From: a virus
Lineage: Duplodnaviria; Caudoviricetes
Strand: one strand, 5' to 3'
IMG/VR virus record: IMGVR_UViG_3300013121_000007
Location: 1-64,000 of that record
Length of the DNA: 64,000 bases
The notes beneath the pieces were generated by a model. The model was not told the origin of the DNA, did no database searches, and was given only the letters and a program-made list of their open reading frames with translations. Shown here one piece after another: positions 46,002 through 54,651 of the stretch; position 1 is the stretch's first letter, and every line of letters begins with the position of its first letter. A program made the position numbers and the translations under genes.

Positions 46002-46847
46002 TTAGGCTCCGCGAAGAAGTCTGGGTGCCAGCTTCTTAGCCAAGGTATCTCTGTCCGACGCACGCTGCACAAGGCTGATTGCCGTGTCCACGTCCTCTCG
46101 GACTGACTCAGTAGCGGAGCTTTCGCCTTCAGCGTCATCCGGTTCCCCAGGCTCATGCTCGTCATTCTGTGGCAGAGTCGAGTCGATTGTGGGGTCCCCT
46201 CCAACACTCCCGTGAGTCGAAACTTCATCTGTTGGCGCAGAACCAGGAACATTCGAGGAACTGTCACCTGCCATCGTCTGAACATCACCAGCAGTCTCGA
46301 TTCCTGTCGTATCATTTGGTGGTGGTGTGTCTTCCACACCCTCACCGTCATTGTCGTCCTGTTCGCTGGAAACAGAACCGCCAACGGTGTCGTCTGGAAC
46401 CTGACTACCATCTTCACCAAGAAATGACCTCAAGTCCTCGTTGAAGTCATCCTCGTTGAAGTCATCCTCGTCTCCAAGCTCAACTTCCAGATCGTCGTCT
46501 TCGCCGTAAAGGGAGTCATCGTCCCCGGCATCATCGAGGGGATCGTCAAAGTCGTCGTCAAACTCTTCGTGCATGTGAGATTGCGCCATTGTTCCCTCGT
46601 CGATCCAGTATTTGAATTCTCCAGAGGCGTCCCTCTCTGGAGATTCTGAGTTGAGTGTGACAGTTTCTTCGCCGGAACCATCCGGATCGCACACTGTGAG
46701 CTTGTTCGGGAGTTCGATTGACCGCACGAGCTTCCTTCTCACATTCTCACCATCCTTGATGAGTAAGCCGTCGCCAATCTGAAAATCAAAAGCGGACTGG
46801 GCAGGTGTGATGTGTCGACTCTTAGCTTCTTGAAAGGTAGTCTTCAC
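46002..46847 (-). CDS. Acidic putative head-internal protein
   Basis: N-terminus MKTTFQEA resembles the T4 capsid-targeting sequence; acidic tract. Confidence 0.55.
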   Translation of the reverse strand: MKTTFQEAKSRHITPAQSAFDFQIGDGLLIKDGENVRRKLVRSIELPNKLTVCDPDGSGEETVTLNSESPERDASGEFKYWIDEGTMAQSHMHEEFDDDFDDPLDDAGDDDSLYGEDDDLEVELGDEDDFNEDDFNEDLRSFLGEDGSQVPDDTVGGSVSSEQDDNDGEGVEDTPPPNDTTGIETAGDVQTMAGDSSSNVPGSAPTDEVSTHGSVGGDPTIDSTLPQNDEHEPGEPDDAEGESSATESVREDVDTAISLVQRASDRDTLAKKLAPRLLRGA

Positions 46848-47656
46848 TGCTGCAACTCCGATTGAATGCGTGACCGTATTTGGCGAAAGCAGGAAAGCTG
46901 TATGCGGAATCTGTCCGGGCTAGACGTAATCCGATTCTTGTGTACACGGTAGTAGTACAAAGGATCGGCCAAAGTGGCAACAGTATATTGCTTACAGACC
47001 CTCCAAAAGAAATCGTAGTCCTGTGCGTGTGGGTATTGCTCGTTGTACATTCCTACAGTATCAAGCACCTCTCTTCGGAATAATACAGACCCATGCGCCA
47101 GTGGAGACCTTTCAGAGAAATCCTTTTTTGTTACCAGACCTGATGCTTTGTACCAGACTTCCTGTTTGACCTGTGAGTCATGTACAACATGAACCGCAGA
47201 ACCCAAAAGAACAACCTCTTGGTGTGCATTCAGATAATCAACTTGCTTGGAAATTCTACAGAGGCTTGACCAGTCGTCAGCATCTTGCCTAGCAACAAAG
47301 CTCCCTGTAACCTGACGAAGCCCATGATTGAGCGCCTTTGTAACCCCTTCATGCTTCACTGCAAAGACACGTAACACACGAGACTTTCGATTCTGCTGAA
47401 TGGTATCAGACCAAACGGACAGTTGATTCGCGGTTCCATCTGATGATCCGTCATCAACTGCGATGATCTCAATTGGCCCGTCGTAGTCTTGATCCACCAG
47501 TGAGAATACTGATTGCTCCAAGTAGCCTCTTCCAGTAGAAAGGCCATTCCAGACTGGCAGGACAACAGATACCAAGGGTCTCACACCTGTACAGACGACG
47601 TGTCGCCCCAAAAACACTCTCAGCAGCACAAATGGATTGCACTTTTTTCGCTGCAC
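46844..47656 (-). CDS. Glycosyltransferase family 2
   Basis: PLVSVVLPVWNG, IIAVDDGSSDGT, ARQDADD, HGSVLFRR, AQDYDFF. Confidence 0.93.
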   Translation of the reverse strand: MQRKKCNPFVLLRVFLGRHVVCTGVRPLVSVVLPVWNGLSTGRGYLEQSVFSLVDQDYDGPIEIIAVDDGSSDGTANQLSVWSDTIQQNRKSRVLRVFAVKHEGVTKALNHGLRQVTGSFVARQDADDWSSLCRISKQVDYLNAHQEVVLLGSAVHVVHDSQVKQEVWYKASGLVTKKDFSERSPLAHGSVLFRREVLDTVGMYNEQYPHAQDYDFFWRVCKQYTVATLADPLYYYRVHKNRITSSPDRFRIQLSCFRQIRSRIQSELQQ

Positions 47657-47844
47657 TTTTCTCGTAACTTGTTTACTGCAAAGGAGTTACAGCTTCGTGT
47701 ACTTTGCAGCCGTGTAAATCCTGCAGAGTAAACGCGCAAAATCAATGAGTTGCCCTTGACTCATCCGTGAGTTGTAGTACCCTGCAACAGTGGCCGGGTA
47801 CTGGCAGAAAACGCGACGATCCCACAAAAAGAGAGTTCAATCCA

Positions 47845-48360
47845 ATGAGCGCAATGGGAAAGGGTTACTGGCTCGACCCGGACAACAGGGCTATGTATCT
47901 GGTAGCGGATTTCCAGAACAGGCATGAGTTCTGGCTTCTTGACGCCAAAAATCAAGAGAAGACTCATCTTCCAAGTGCAGTCACCAAAACTCTGAACAGC
48001 ATGGGGGAAAAGCTGCGAGCGGGTGATGCAAGAATGGTTGACGCCATCAGACTTGAGGGGATCAAGGCTGGCCTAATCCGCATCCGAGACTACTACAACT
48101 ACATCAGTATCATGTTGTCGGCTCCGCGCAGCCGCGTGAGAGATGTATTGTGGTCCGTCTACATGGCGATGGACAACACAATGAAGCCACATGAGAATGC
48201 AGAGCTTCTGATCGTGAACATGAACGGGAACGATTCGACGAAAATCACTTGGGGTGACTTTCAGAAGAGTCTCGTCGACGACTCACCCATTCTTCGAGAG
48301 GATGAAAAAGAGGGTGGATTGAGTGAGCAGTTGGACAAGATCATGGGTAAGCCAGCTTGA
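47845..48360 (+). CDS. Hypothetical phage protein (only convincing plus-strand gene)
   Basis: Fills a gap between minus-strand genes; GYWLDPD..HEFW..GLIRIR; ends PILREDE..LSEQLDKIMG. Confidence 0.7.
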   Translation: MSAMGKGYWLDPDNRAMYLVADFQNRHEFWLLDAKNQEKTHLPSAVTKTLNSMGEKLRAGDARMVDAIRLEGIKAGLIRIRDYYNYISIMLSAPRSRVRDVLWSVYMAMDNTMKPHENAELLIVNMNGNDSTKITWGDFQKSLVDDSPILREDEKEGGLSEQLDKIMGKPA

Positions 48361-48370
48361 CATACTTCGT

Positions 48371-49153
48371 CTAGTGCCCTCCTAGGTCCCCCCTCTTTAG
48401 TGCTGTATGACTGGCAGCTTCTGTATCTCGATAGACACCAAGAGCTTCGAGAATATAGACGACACTCTTACCAGTTGACTGACACATTTCTCGTACTTCA
48501 CAGATGGCTGTAGACTTTGAAGTCTCAGCGTTCATGATCCTGTCTTGATGCAAGTAGTACCGGTCATCTTGAGAGAGTAGAGAGTTGATCTCCTCATCCA
48601 GAGAGTCGTAGACCTGAACAAGGTTCTTACCACCTCTATTCTCTTTTCGGTTGCAAGCGTCTACGTAGCAACCGGCGCTGATATCCCGACACATTGCGCA
48701 TGGTCCAGGATTACCGCAAGAGCCGTTTGGACCGCAAACCAGTTTTGTGACTCTTAGGCAGTCACCCAACGATAGCCCGGCGTCGAGCAGTCTCTGAAAG
48801 TCCTCAATTCGGACCATGTTTCCATTGGCCCCTGAAAACGCCAAATCGTAGTACCCCTTCTCATTCACATTGAGGTTGATAGGTGCTCCGTTGCTGCGTG
48901 CATTCCTCAAAGCCTGAATGATTGTCTCGTGCTCTGGGCAAGACGCTGTACCCACTCTGGACTCTAGCCATGCTTTGAGTGTAGGCGCTGTAGTCAGGTG
49001 CTGTACTTCTATGATTGGAAGCAGAACGTCTTCTGCCGTCTTCCGTTTTTCTACCCCCTGACCTGGAACTGGGTATAGCTTATCGTCAGCCGGCGATCTG
49101 GCGACAACACCAGAAGATAACGAAGTCAGTTCTCTGTTTGATTCCCCACTCAT
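48371..49153 (-). CDS. Hypothetical protein with Cys cluster
   Basis: CGPNGSCGNPGPCAMC....C...C. Confidence 0.55.
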   Translation of the reverse strand: MSGESNRELTSLSSGVVARSPADDKLYPVPGQGVEKRKTAEDVLLPIIEVQHLTTAPTLKAWLESRVGTASCPEHETIIQALRNARSNGAPINLNVNEKGYYDLAFSGANGNMVRIEDFQRLLDAGLSLGDCLRVTKLVCGPNGSCGNPGPCAMCRDISAGCYVDACNRKENRGGKNLVQVYDSLDEEINSLLSQDDRYYLHQDRIMNAETSKSTAICEVREMCQSTGKSVVYILEALGVYRDTEAASHTALKRGDLGGH

Positions 49154-49899
49154 TGAATAATCTCATAGAACGGGAACGTGACGTCCCTAGATGAAAACTG
49201 ATGAACTCCATCGAAGGTTGGTACAGTCTCTGATCGACGAAGCAAACACAAGTGTTCGCACTCTAAGCCATTGTCAGAGTAGACGTTGACTCTGTGAAAA
49301 TCAGATGTCAACTTGCTGCAGAAATCGCAGAATGCTGATTCTGAGTATCGAGCGTACAGACGCGATTCAGAAACGTCTATACCTAGCTGATCTGCAGCTT
49401 GTTGCTTCAATGTCTCAGAGAACGTAATCAGTAATCCTTGCTGACACTTGCACCACAGGTCTCCAACCAACCTTGTATAGCCAGGGAGGGATTCAAGGAT
49501 GGAAGACACGACGACAAAATGAAACTTACGGTGCAACTCAAAGTTGTACAATGAGTCGACTGCGCGAAACTGAACACCCGGCAGCCTTCCAAATCTAGAT
49601 TGGCAAGACTTTATGCACTCTACGTCACAGTCCAACCCTAGAAACGAAACATTTTCGTGTTCTGACTGAAGAAGGCCGAGCAGCGATTCACCCAGACCAC
49701 AGCCAACAACCAGAACAGACAGCGTACCGGATGCAGGCGTAACACTTCTCCAGTATCCGGAAAGAAGCCTTGATGAACCCAACGCTTCGTAGCCGATTAG
49801 AGACTCTCTTCGTTTACTTGATTGCAGCCAGCGCAGAAACGACCTGTCTCCAGACTTAGTTCTTGCCTCAATCTCGTCCAAACTAGTCGGCCGTATCAT
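49150..49899 (-). CDS. Class I SAM-dependent methyltransferase
   Basis: VLVVGCGLG, FLGLD, FHFVVVSSILE. Confidence 0.75.
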   Translation of the reverse strand: MIRPTSLDEIEARTKSGDRSFLRWLQSSKRRESLIGYEALGSSRLLSGYWRSVTPASGTLSVLVVGCGLGESLLGLLQSEHENVSFLGLDCDVECIKSCQSRFGRLPGVQFRAVDSLYNFELHRKFHFVVVSSILESLPGYTRLVGDLWCKCQQGLLITFSETLKQQAADQLGIDVSESRLYARYSESAFCDFCSKLTSDFHRVNVYSDNGLECEHLCLLRRSETVPTFDGVHQFSSRDVTFPFYEIIQ

Positions 49900-50287
49900 G
49901 TCTTTGCCTTAGAAGGCAGTTTAGCTTTTCAACAGATACAGGGTCCGTAAGAACAATATCCTGTTCCCCGTGCGGTATTGAAGACACCTGCATTCCCGGC
50001 TCTAGAAGTAAGACGATAGACGTCCTAGGGCAAAATACTCGTAGAGCAGACAGCACATCAAGAGTGTCGCTAAATGGAATAGCTAGAAGGTCTAGAATTA
50101 GTACGTCTGCTGAGGCTGCATTCACACCAGCAGCAAACAAGGTTACTGGGTACTGAAAGTTCCAGTTAGCAATCTCGCACAATGAAGATTCAAACTGTTC
50201 ACGCCCTCCGCAGCGCTTGACATCACCAACAAAGACAAGTCTGTTAGTTCGCCTTTCTACGTTACCTGTCATTGACAGACCAGTCAC
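49883..50287 (-). CDS. Degenerate CheY-like receiver-domain protein
   Basis: ADVLILDL...DTLDVL..LR..CPRTSIVLL...LTDPVS.EKL. Confidence 0.55.
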   Translation of the reverse strand: MTGLSMTGNVERRTNRLVFVGDVKRCGGREQFESSLCEIANWNFQYPVTLFAAGVNAASADVLILDLLAIPFSDTLDVLSALRVFCPRTSIVLLLEPGMQVSSIPHGEQDIVLTDPVSVEKLNCLLRQRHDTAD

Positions 50288-50918
50288 CTTTCTGATGCCG
50301 AATCACAAACCCTGAGCAGTCCAGTCGATCTAACCATTCAATGATTAGACCCCGCAGGTAGTTCATGTTGTGAAGTTCAACGGCGATCTTCAAAGAACCA
50401 ACTGTGTATACGTTGTATTTGGTGTCGAAGTCTTTGACAGTGGCGGGTTCTGCCAACTCAATCTTCGGATGTACGCCAGAAATACCAGTGACATCCAAGA
50501 ACACAAGAACGACTACGTCAAACCCATCAATGTCCAAACCTTGTTCTTCGGCTTGCAACAAGAGTTTTGATAGTTGTTGTTCCGTAGCCTCTCTTTCAGC
50601 AAGTAGGTCTGGGGACAAGTTGGTAAGCCTAGACTGTAGGCTAGCAATCTTTCCCGGCAGATGGTGCCTCTTGTAATCCCGCACGTAAGCTAAAAGCTGG
50701 TCCGCAGCCCTTCTCGATACGTATACAGGAGACGGATTCACACTGAGTGTGTCCCCACCACCCATACTTGGACGAATCAGAGTCTCAGCAATACGCCGTC
50801 CGACAGATTGCCTGCGTTCCAGAGAACACTGAGGGCAGTGGTAGTAGGGCTGACCAGCGTGTTTTGGGCACTCACCATGAATGCGCATCCCTGGTACAAA
50901 TGTTGAACCAGAGGACAT
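50262..50918 (-). CDS. Degenerate IscA/HesB-like protein with N-terminal zinc ribbon
   Basis: VYVSRRAA, TGISG (for GGCSG), LKIAVE..NMNYLRGLIIEWLDRLDCSGF; CPKH..HCPQC; likely start 50918. Confidence 0.55.
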   Translation of the reverse strand: MSSGSTFVPGMRIHGECPKHAGQPYYHCPQCSLERRQSVGRRIAETLIRPSMGGGDTLSVNPSPVYVSRRAADQLLAYVRDYKRHHLPGKIASLQSRLTNLSPDLLAEREATEQQLSKLLLQAEEQGLDIDGFDVVVLVFLDVTGISGVHPKIELAEPATVKDFDTKYNVYTVGSLKIAVELHNMNYLRGLIIEWLDRLDCSGFVIRHQKGDWSVNDR

Positions 50919-50922
50919 GGTA

Positions 50923-51426
50923 TCAATCCTGCGAGGCATCGCGTCCCAAGGAGATGGCATCTTTCCCGTACTTAGACCCGACGAAGCGTTCACCATCCAC
51001 TCGTCGAAGGATGGCTTGAATCGCGTTGTATGGGACGATGACGAAAGACATTCCGTTGAAGAAGCATTCAGTCGCGCTGCCGCTGATAACGACACGGTCT
51101 CCGAGTTCCAGGTTGATCTTGTGACAGTGCTCGTCAAGAATAGACGAAATCTGATGCACAATCAGGTGCCACTCTTTGTCATTCCGAGCATTGCTCAATG
51201 ACGGAACGATGATCTTGCTCGACCGAGGTAGCTGGCCGACAACCTCTCCAAGGAACGTATTGCGGTTCAGGGAGATATCCCAGCCATCATGAGGGAGTCT
51301 TTCATCAAACTTCCCATCATCGTCCTCGCCAACGACAGGGACTCCGCGCTGCAGCAGTGGATTCATGTGCTCTAGTTCCTTGCCCGCGAATTGTGCTGAC
51401 TCTAGCACAAGACGTACTTGAGTCAA
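50923..51426 (-). CDS. GroES/cpn10-like co-chaperonin (possible gp31 analogue)
   Basis: KIIVP...LELGDRVVI....TE..FNG..FVIVP...IQAIL. Confidence 0.6.
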   Translation of the reverse strand: MTQVRLVLESAQFAGKELEHMNPLLQRGVPVVGEDDDGKFDERLPHDGWDISLNRNTFLGEVVGQLPRSSKIIVPSLSNARNDKEWHLIVHQISSILDEHCHKINLELGDRVVISGSATECFFNGMSFVIVPYNAIQAILRRVDGERFVGSKYGKDAISLGRDASQD

Positions 51427-51427
51427 G

Positions 51428-51550
51428 CTACTTGCAGCAATGATGCCCTGATTTTTTACCTTGCATCTGCTTACGACGTTGAGATTTCCCCGCCTGTATG
51501 AACTTCTTGTAGGACTCGCGAATATGGCGGCGTTTCTTGATGTTGGCCAT
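51428..51550 (-). CDS. 40-aa basic peptide
   Basis: Hand translation MANIKKRRHIRESYKKFIQAGKSQRRKQMQGKKSGHHCCK; exactly fills the gap between neighbours. Confidence 0.45.
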   Translation of the reverse strand: MANIKKRRHIRESYKKFIQAGKSQRRKQMQGKKSGHHCCK

Positions 51551-51555
51551 TGTGG

Positions 51556-51870
51556 TCACTCTTTGGTTCCCACTGAATATCCGTAGAGACTCTCAACCAC
51601 AGACTCAAAAGAAGGACGAACTTTTCCGCATTCAACCCATTCAGGCCCCTTAGGTGCTCCGACCTCAGCATCGCCATCAACTTTGGTCACGCCGTCAATT
51701 TGATTGAAGGCAGAGTCCCACTCCTCATACTTGTCTTGTTCATCTGAGTCGCTTAGTGAATACCTAAGCATTCCAGTGGCTGTATTGAACCACACTTTCC
51801 CATATCCGGGGTCCTCTGCAGGTGATAGCCTCAGCATCACCTTTTTGATTTCAGCTACAGTGTCCGCCAT
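51556..51870 (-). CDS. Hypothetical protein with C-terminal tag variant
   Basis: Ends RPSFESVVESLYG. Confidence 0.55.
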   Translation of the reverse strand: MADTVAEIKKVMLRLSPAEDPGYGKVWFNTATGMLRYSLSDSDEQDKYEEWDSAFNQIDGVTKVDGDAEVGAPKGPEWVECGKVRPSFESVVESLYGYSVGTKE

Positions 51871-51874
51871 ACCA

Positions 51875-52684
51875 TCACTTTATGGAAAGCAGTCTAGTGA
51901 ACAGGTTTCTGTGGTCCTCCTTCCAACGCTCTACAGTATTGTTGGATACAGCAGAGTACCTAACCCTTAGAGGTTCGTAGGCATCCCACAGAGCAGACTC
52001 AAGGTCTTCTTGACTTCCAGGCTCAAATAAGTGAACTCCTGGAATATCAGCATACTCGTCAGCTAGCCCAACACCTCTTGGTATCACGATACTTTTGCCG
52101 AGCGACAGCCCCTCCAACAAGCTAACAGGGCCGCTTTCGTAGTCGCTTGTTGTAAGAAATACGTCGACTGCCTGCATCTGCGCGTGGAGATGACTCTCAG
52201 ACCAATTGCCGGGGGAAGCTACAAGTTCAACCCAAGACAACTGCCTTACAAACTCCAGCAAGTCAGTCCGTTTTCTACGGCCATATCCATCAGGTGAACG
52301 GTGAAACCACCCCACACGGAGTCTAGGTATGGCTCTGGAAAATTTGACTGGTAAGTGAACACGAGTGACTTTGTCTTCGCCAACAAGATTTTTCAGGTAC
52401 TCTGCATGTTGGCTGCTGAGAGCAACACAATGATCTACCTGAGAGGCAATCTTGTTGTATGTGTCTTGATGCTTTCCAGGTACATAGTGCGTAAACAACG
52501 CAACGCACTTGCCTACTGGTTTATAGAACTCCCTGAACAAGTATGTCAGGAAATACGTCAAATCCGTATCACGAGGAGGGTCACATGTAACACGAACGCG
52601 AAACCCATCAAGGGCTTGCAGGTGCTCCGATAGCCGCCTACAAATCCAAGATTCTTCCGTCGTGATATGCACCCGATGTATCAT
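51875..52684 (-). CDS. Glycosyltransferase, GT-B fold (GT4-like)
   Basis: DVFLTTSDYESGPVSLLEGLSLGK; similar to 5810..6571. Confidence 0.8.
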   Translation of the reverse strand: MIHRVHITTEESWICRRLSEHLQALDGFRVRVTCDPPRDTDLTYFLTYLFREFYKPVGKCVALFTHYVPGKHQDTYNKIASQVDHCVALSSQHAEYLKNLVGEDKVTRVHLPVKFSRAIPRLRVGWFHRSPDGYGRRKRTDLLEFVRQLSWVELVASPGNWSESHLHAQMQAVDVFLTTSDYESGPVSLLEGLSLGKSIVIPRGVGLADEYADIPGVHLFEPGSQEDLESALWDAYEPLRVRYSAVSNNTVERWKEDHRNLFTRLLSIK

Positions 52685-53016
52685 GTTTTGTGAGACACCA
52701 GCGATTCCAACTCTTCGTCGATACTCGCGCCACCCAAGACTCTATCCACAAGACCAGACAGGTATCCTGAAGGCAACTCTTCTAAATGAACGAATCGCAT
52801 CCGACCTAAAGTCCTTGCGACCTTCATGTGTGCTGTTTCAACAACGAAGCTGTAGTTCCTAGAATTGTGTGGACTGAAGAGAAATGAGTCCCCAATCGGC
52901 AGTTTCTCGATACGGTAGTTTCCGTGAGTGATTGGAGAAGTCTCTTCAACAACCTTCCCACAATGCACCATCCGCCCCAACAGTTCGCCTTCAACCGTCA
53001 CGTACTCAGACATCAT
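52681..53016 (-). CDS. Hypothetical protein
   Basis: ORF with overlapping start/stop codons. Confidence 0.5.
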   Translation of the reverse strand: MMSEYVTVEGELLGRMVHCGKVVEETSPITHGNYRIEKLPIGDSFLFSPHNSRNYSFVVETAHMKVARTLGRMRFVHLEELPSGYLSGLVDRVLGGASIDEELESLVSHKT

Positions 53017-53474
53017 AGACCTCTTAGATTGGTGACAGGTCGTTCTACTAAAGGTGCAGCAGCCGCTCTTTGATCCAAGTAGAACCGAAACTTGTCAGCG
53101 TCACAAGGTGAAACAGCAAATGGTATGGTTTCCAGCATACCAAGATCAGCCATGTCTCGCAGCAACACAAACAGATGCATTCCTGACCTGAAAGCTAGAT
53201 GCGAGTTACCAAGCATCATCACTTCAGGGGGTTCAAGGTTTGCGTAGTTCTTCAAGAGATAATCTCTTGCAGCTTGATCTATCTCCTCGGCGTTACAGGC
53301 TTGTACACGAGATATGTACTCCTGTGGAACACTGCCACGCCAGCAACGATCAACAGTAAGCACGTTAGCGTCTACGACTCGAAACCCCAAAGAAGCTGCG
53401 CGGCGTGACAGCTTGAAGCGAAGCTCAGAAGGTTTGGGGCAGAGAATCATGACGAGTAAGCAACAGTCTACCAA
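53013..53474 (-). CDS. Hypothetical protein
   Basis: ORF in operon. Confidence 0.45.
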   Translation of the reverse strand: MVDCCLLVMILCPKPSELRFKLSRRAASLGFRVVDANVLTVDRCWRGSVPQEYISRVQACNAEEIDQAARDYLLKNYANLEPPEVMMLGNSHLAFRSGMHLFVLLRDMADLGMLETIPFAVSPCDADKFRFYLDQRAAAAPLVERPVTNLRGL

Positions 53475-53983
53475 TGTAGACTTGAAGATGAGTCTTCAGA
53501 AAGAAGAGCTTCAACCTGTGACTCAAACGGACCCATAGTATCCTCATAGATATCGGTGTTTGATCTGCTGAACTTGCCAGAGTTCTTATCCGCCGACTTG
53601 ATTTGCTTGTTGCTGAAGACGACAGCCATGTTTCTCTTGGGATCGAAGATTCCGTCATACCCCATTTTCTTCAAAACAGTGTGCAGCTTAGGCGTAGAGA
53701 CACTGCCACCCGAAGAAGCAATTCGGTAAACATCATCGAACGTCGCAGGATTCTCAATTCTCAGGTAGCACTTGAGTGGACTGCCGAAGCCACTCGCGAA
53801 GTTCTCACGAGTCGCGAAGAACACTCCACGAATATCTGTCTTTCGAGAACGACTTACGTCGAACACCCGAAACTGCTTGCTCGTTCCGTGGTAGACGACC
53901 AACGGTCTACCCGCTGAATCGACAACCTTGGAATTCGCAAACCATTTCCGAAACTGTGGAGTGTCAGTCACTGTACTCATCAT
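53468..53983 (-). CDS. ADP-ribosyltransferase-like protein (ART-PolyVal type) with C-terminal GPFE tag
   Basis: TPQFRKWF.NSKVVD..GRPLVVYHGT, GVFFA, YLRIENP, GYDGI, VVFS.KQIKS..NSGKFS; then MGPFESQVEALLSE. Confidence 0.75.
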   Translation of the reverse strand: MMSTVTDTPQFRKWFANSKVVDSAGRPLVVYHGTSKQFRVFDVSRSRKTDIRGVFFATRENFASGFGSPLKCYLRIENPATFDDVYRIASSGGSVSTPKLHTVLKKMGYDGIFDPKRNMAVVFSNKQIKSADKNSGKFSRSNTDIYEDTMGPFESQVEALLSEDSSSSLHW

Positions 53984-54345
53984 CAGGAAATGTAAGCGAC
54001 CACTTCGTACCGACCGGTGTCGAATTTGTGCCACGACAGGATGAGCATGGCGTTGTCAATGATCGTATGAACATCGTAGTCGTCAGCAGTCCCCACAACA
54101 CCGATTTCAATGCGAGCGTTTCCATCACGACCTGTCAAGAACCCGGACCATGTAGTTCCGTCTTCCTGCACAAGCAAGTACCCGCGTCTCCGCAGAATGT
54201 CATCAATAGACTTCAGCGGAATCTGAGACTGTATGGGTCTCACAAGGTCCGCAATGTCTCCGTTCATCTGATTTCGGATGCCTGCGGGTATCCGTATCAT
54301 GGCCCCACTGAACTGAGATTCAACCTGTGACTCAAACGGACCCAT
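53510..54345. repeat. Identical 27-bp direct repeat encoding MGPFESQVE in two adjacent genes
   Basis: ttcaacctgtgactcaaacggacccat at 53510-53536 and 54319-54345. Confidence 0.95.
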
Positions 54346-54651
54346 GTTTTGGCCTTCAATAGCGCTGCCGTGAATCACCACCGGCTGAACTTTTCGGACA
54401 ACCATCGTGGTGTTGGCTGGTTTCAACATCTTGATCTCGTACCCTGCTTTACAGAGAGGATTCCTCAGTTTTTCGAGTTCATCCCGATGTAGGTATTCAT
54501 CCTCGCCGACGTTGCGCCAGATTACCGTAGCGTGATTCTCTTTGGCTATACGAACCTCAAATCCTGACTGTCCTCCTGCAATGTACAGAGGAGCAACTTG
54601 GCTAATCACAGCTTTTAGCCCTGTCGCATCTAGGGGTTCATAGACGTTCAT
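53983..54651 (-). CDS. Two-domain hypothetical protein with internal GPFE tag
   Basis: Likely ATG 54651; IEGQNMGPFESQVESQ separates the domains; C-domain ends LSWHKFDTGRYEVVAYIS. Confidence 0.65.
   Translation of the reverse strand: MNVYEPLDATGLKAVISQVAPLYIAGGQSGFEVRIAKENHATVIWRNVGEDEYLHRDELEKLRNPLCKAGYEIKMLKPANTTMVVRKVQPVVIHGSAIEGQNMGPFESQVESQFSGAMIRIPAGIRNQMNGDIADLVRPIQSQIPLKSIDDILRRRGYLLVQEDGTTWSGFLTGRDGNARIEIGVVGTADDYDVHTIIDNAMLILSWHKFDTGRYEVVAYIS

Noticed and set aside
51426-51470. Frameshift joining the 40-aa basic ORF to the GroES-like gene at an A6 run
   Set aside because: Would need +1 with no stimulatory element, and the downstream gene has its own plausible starts.
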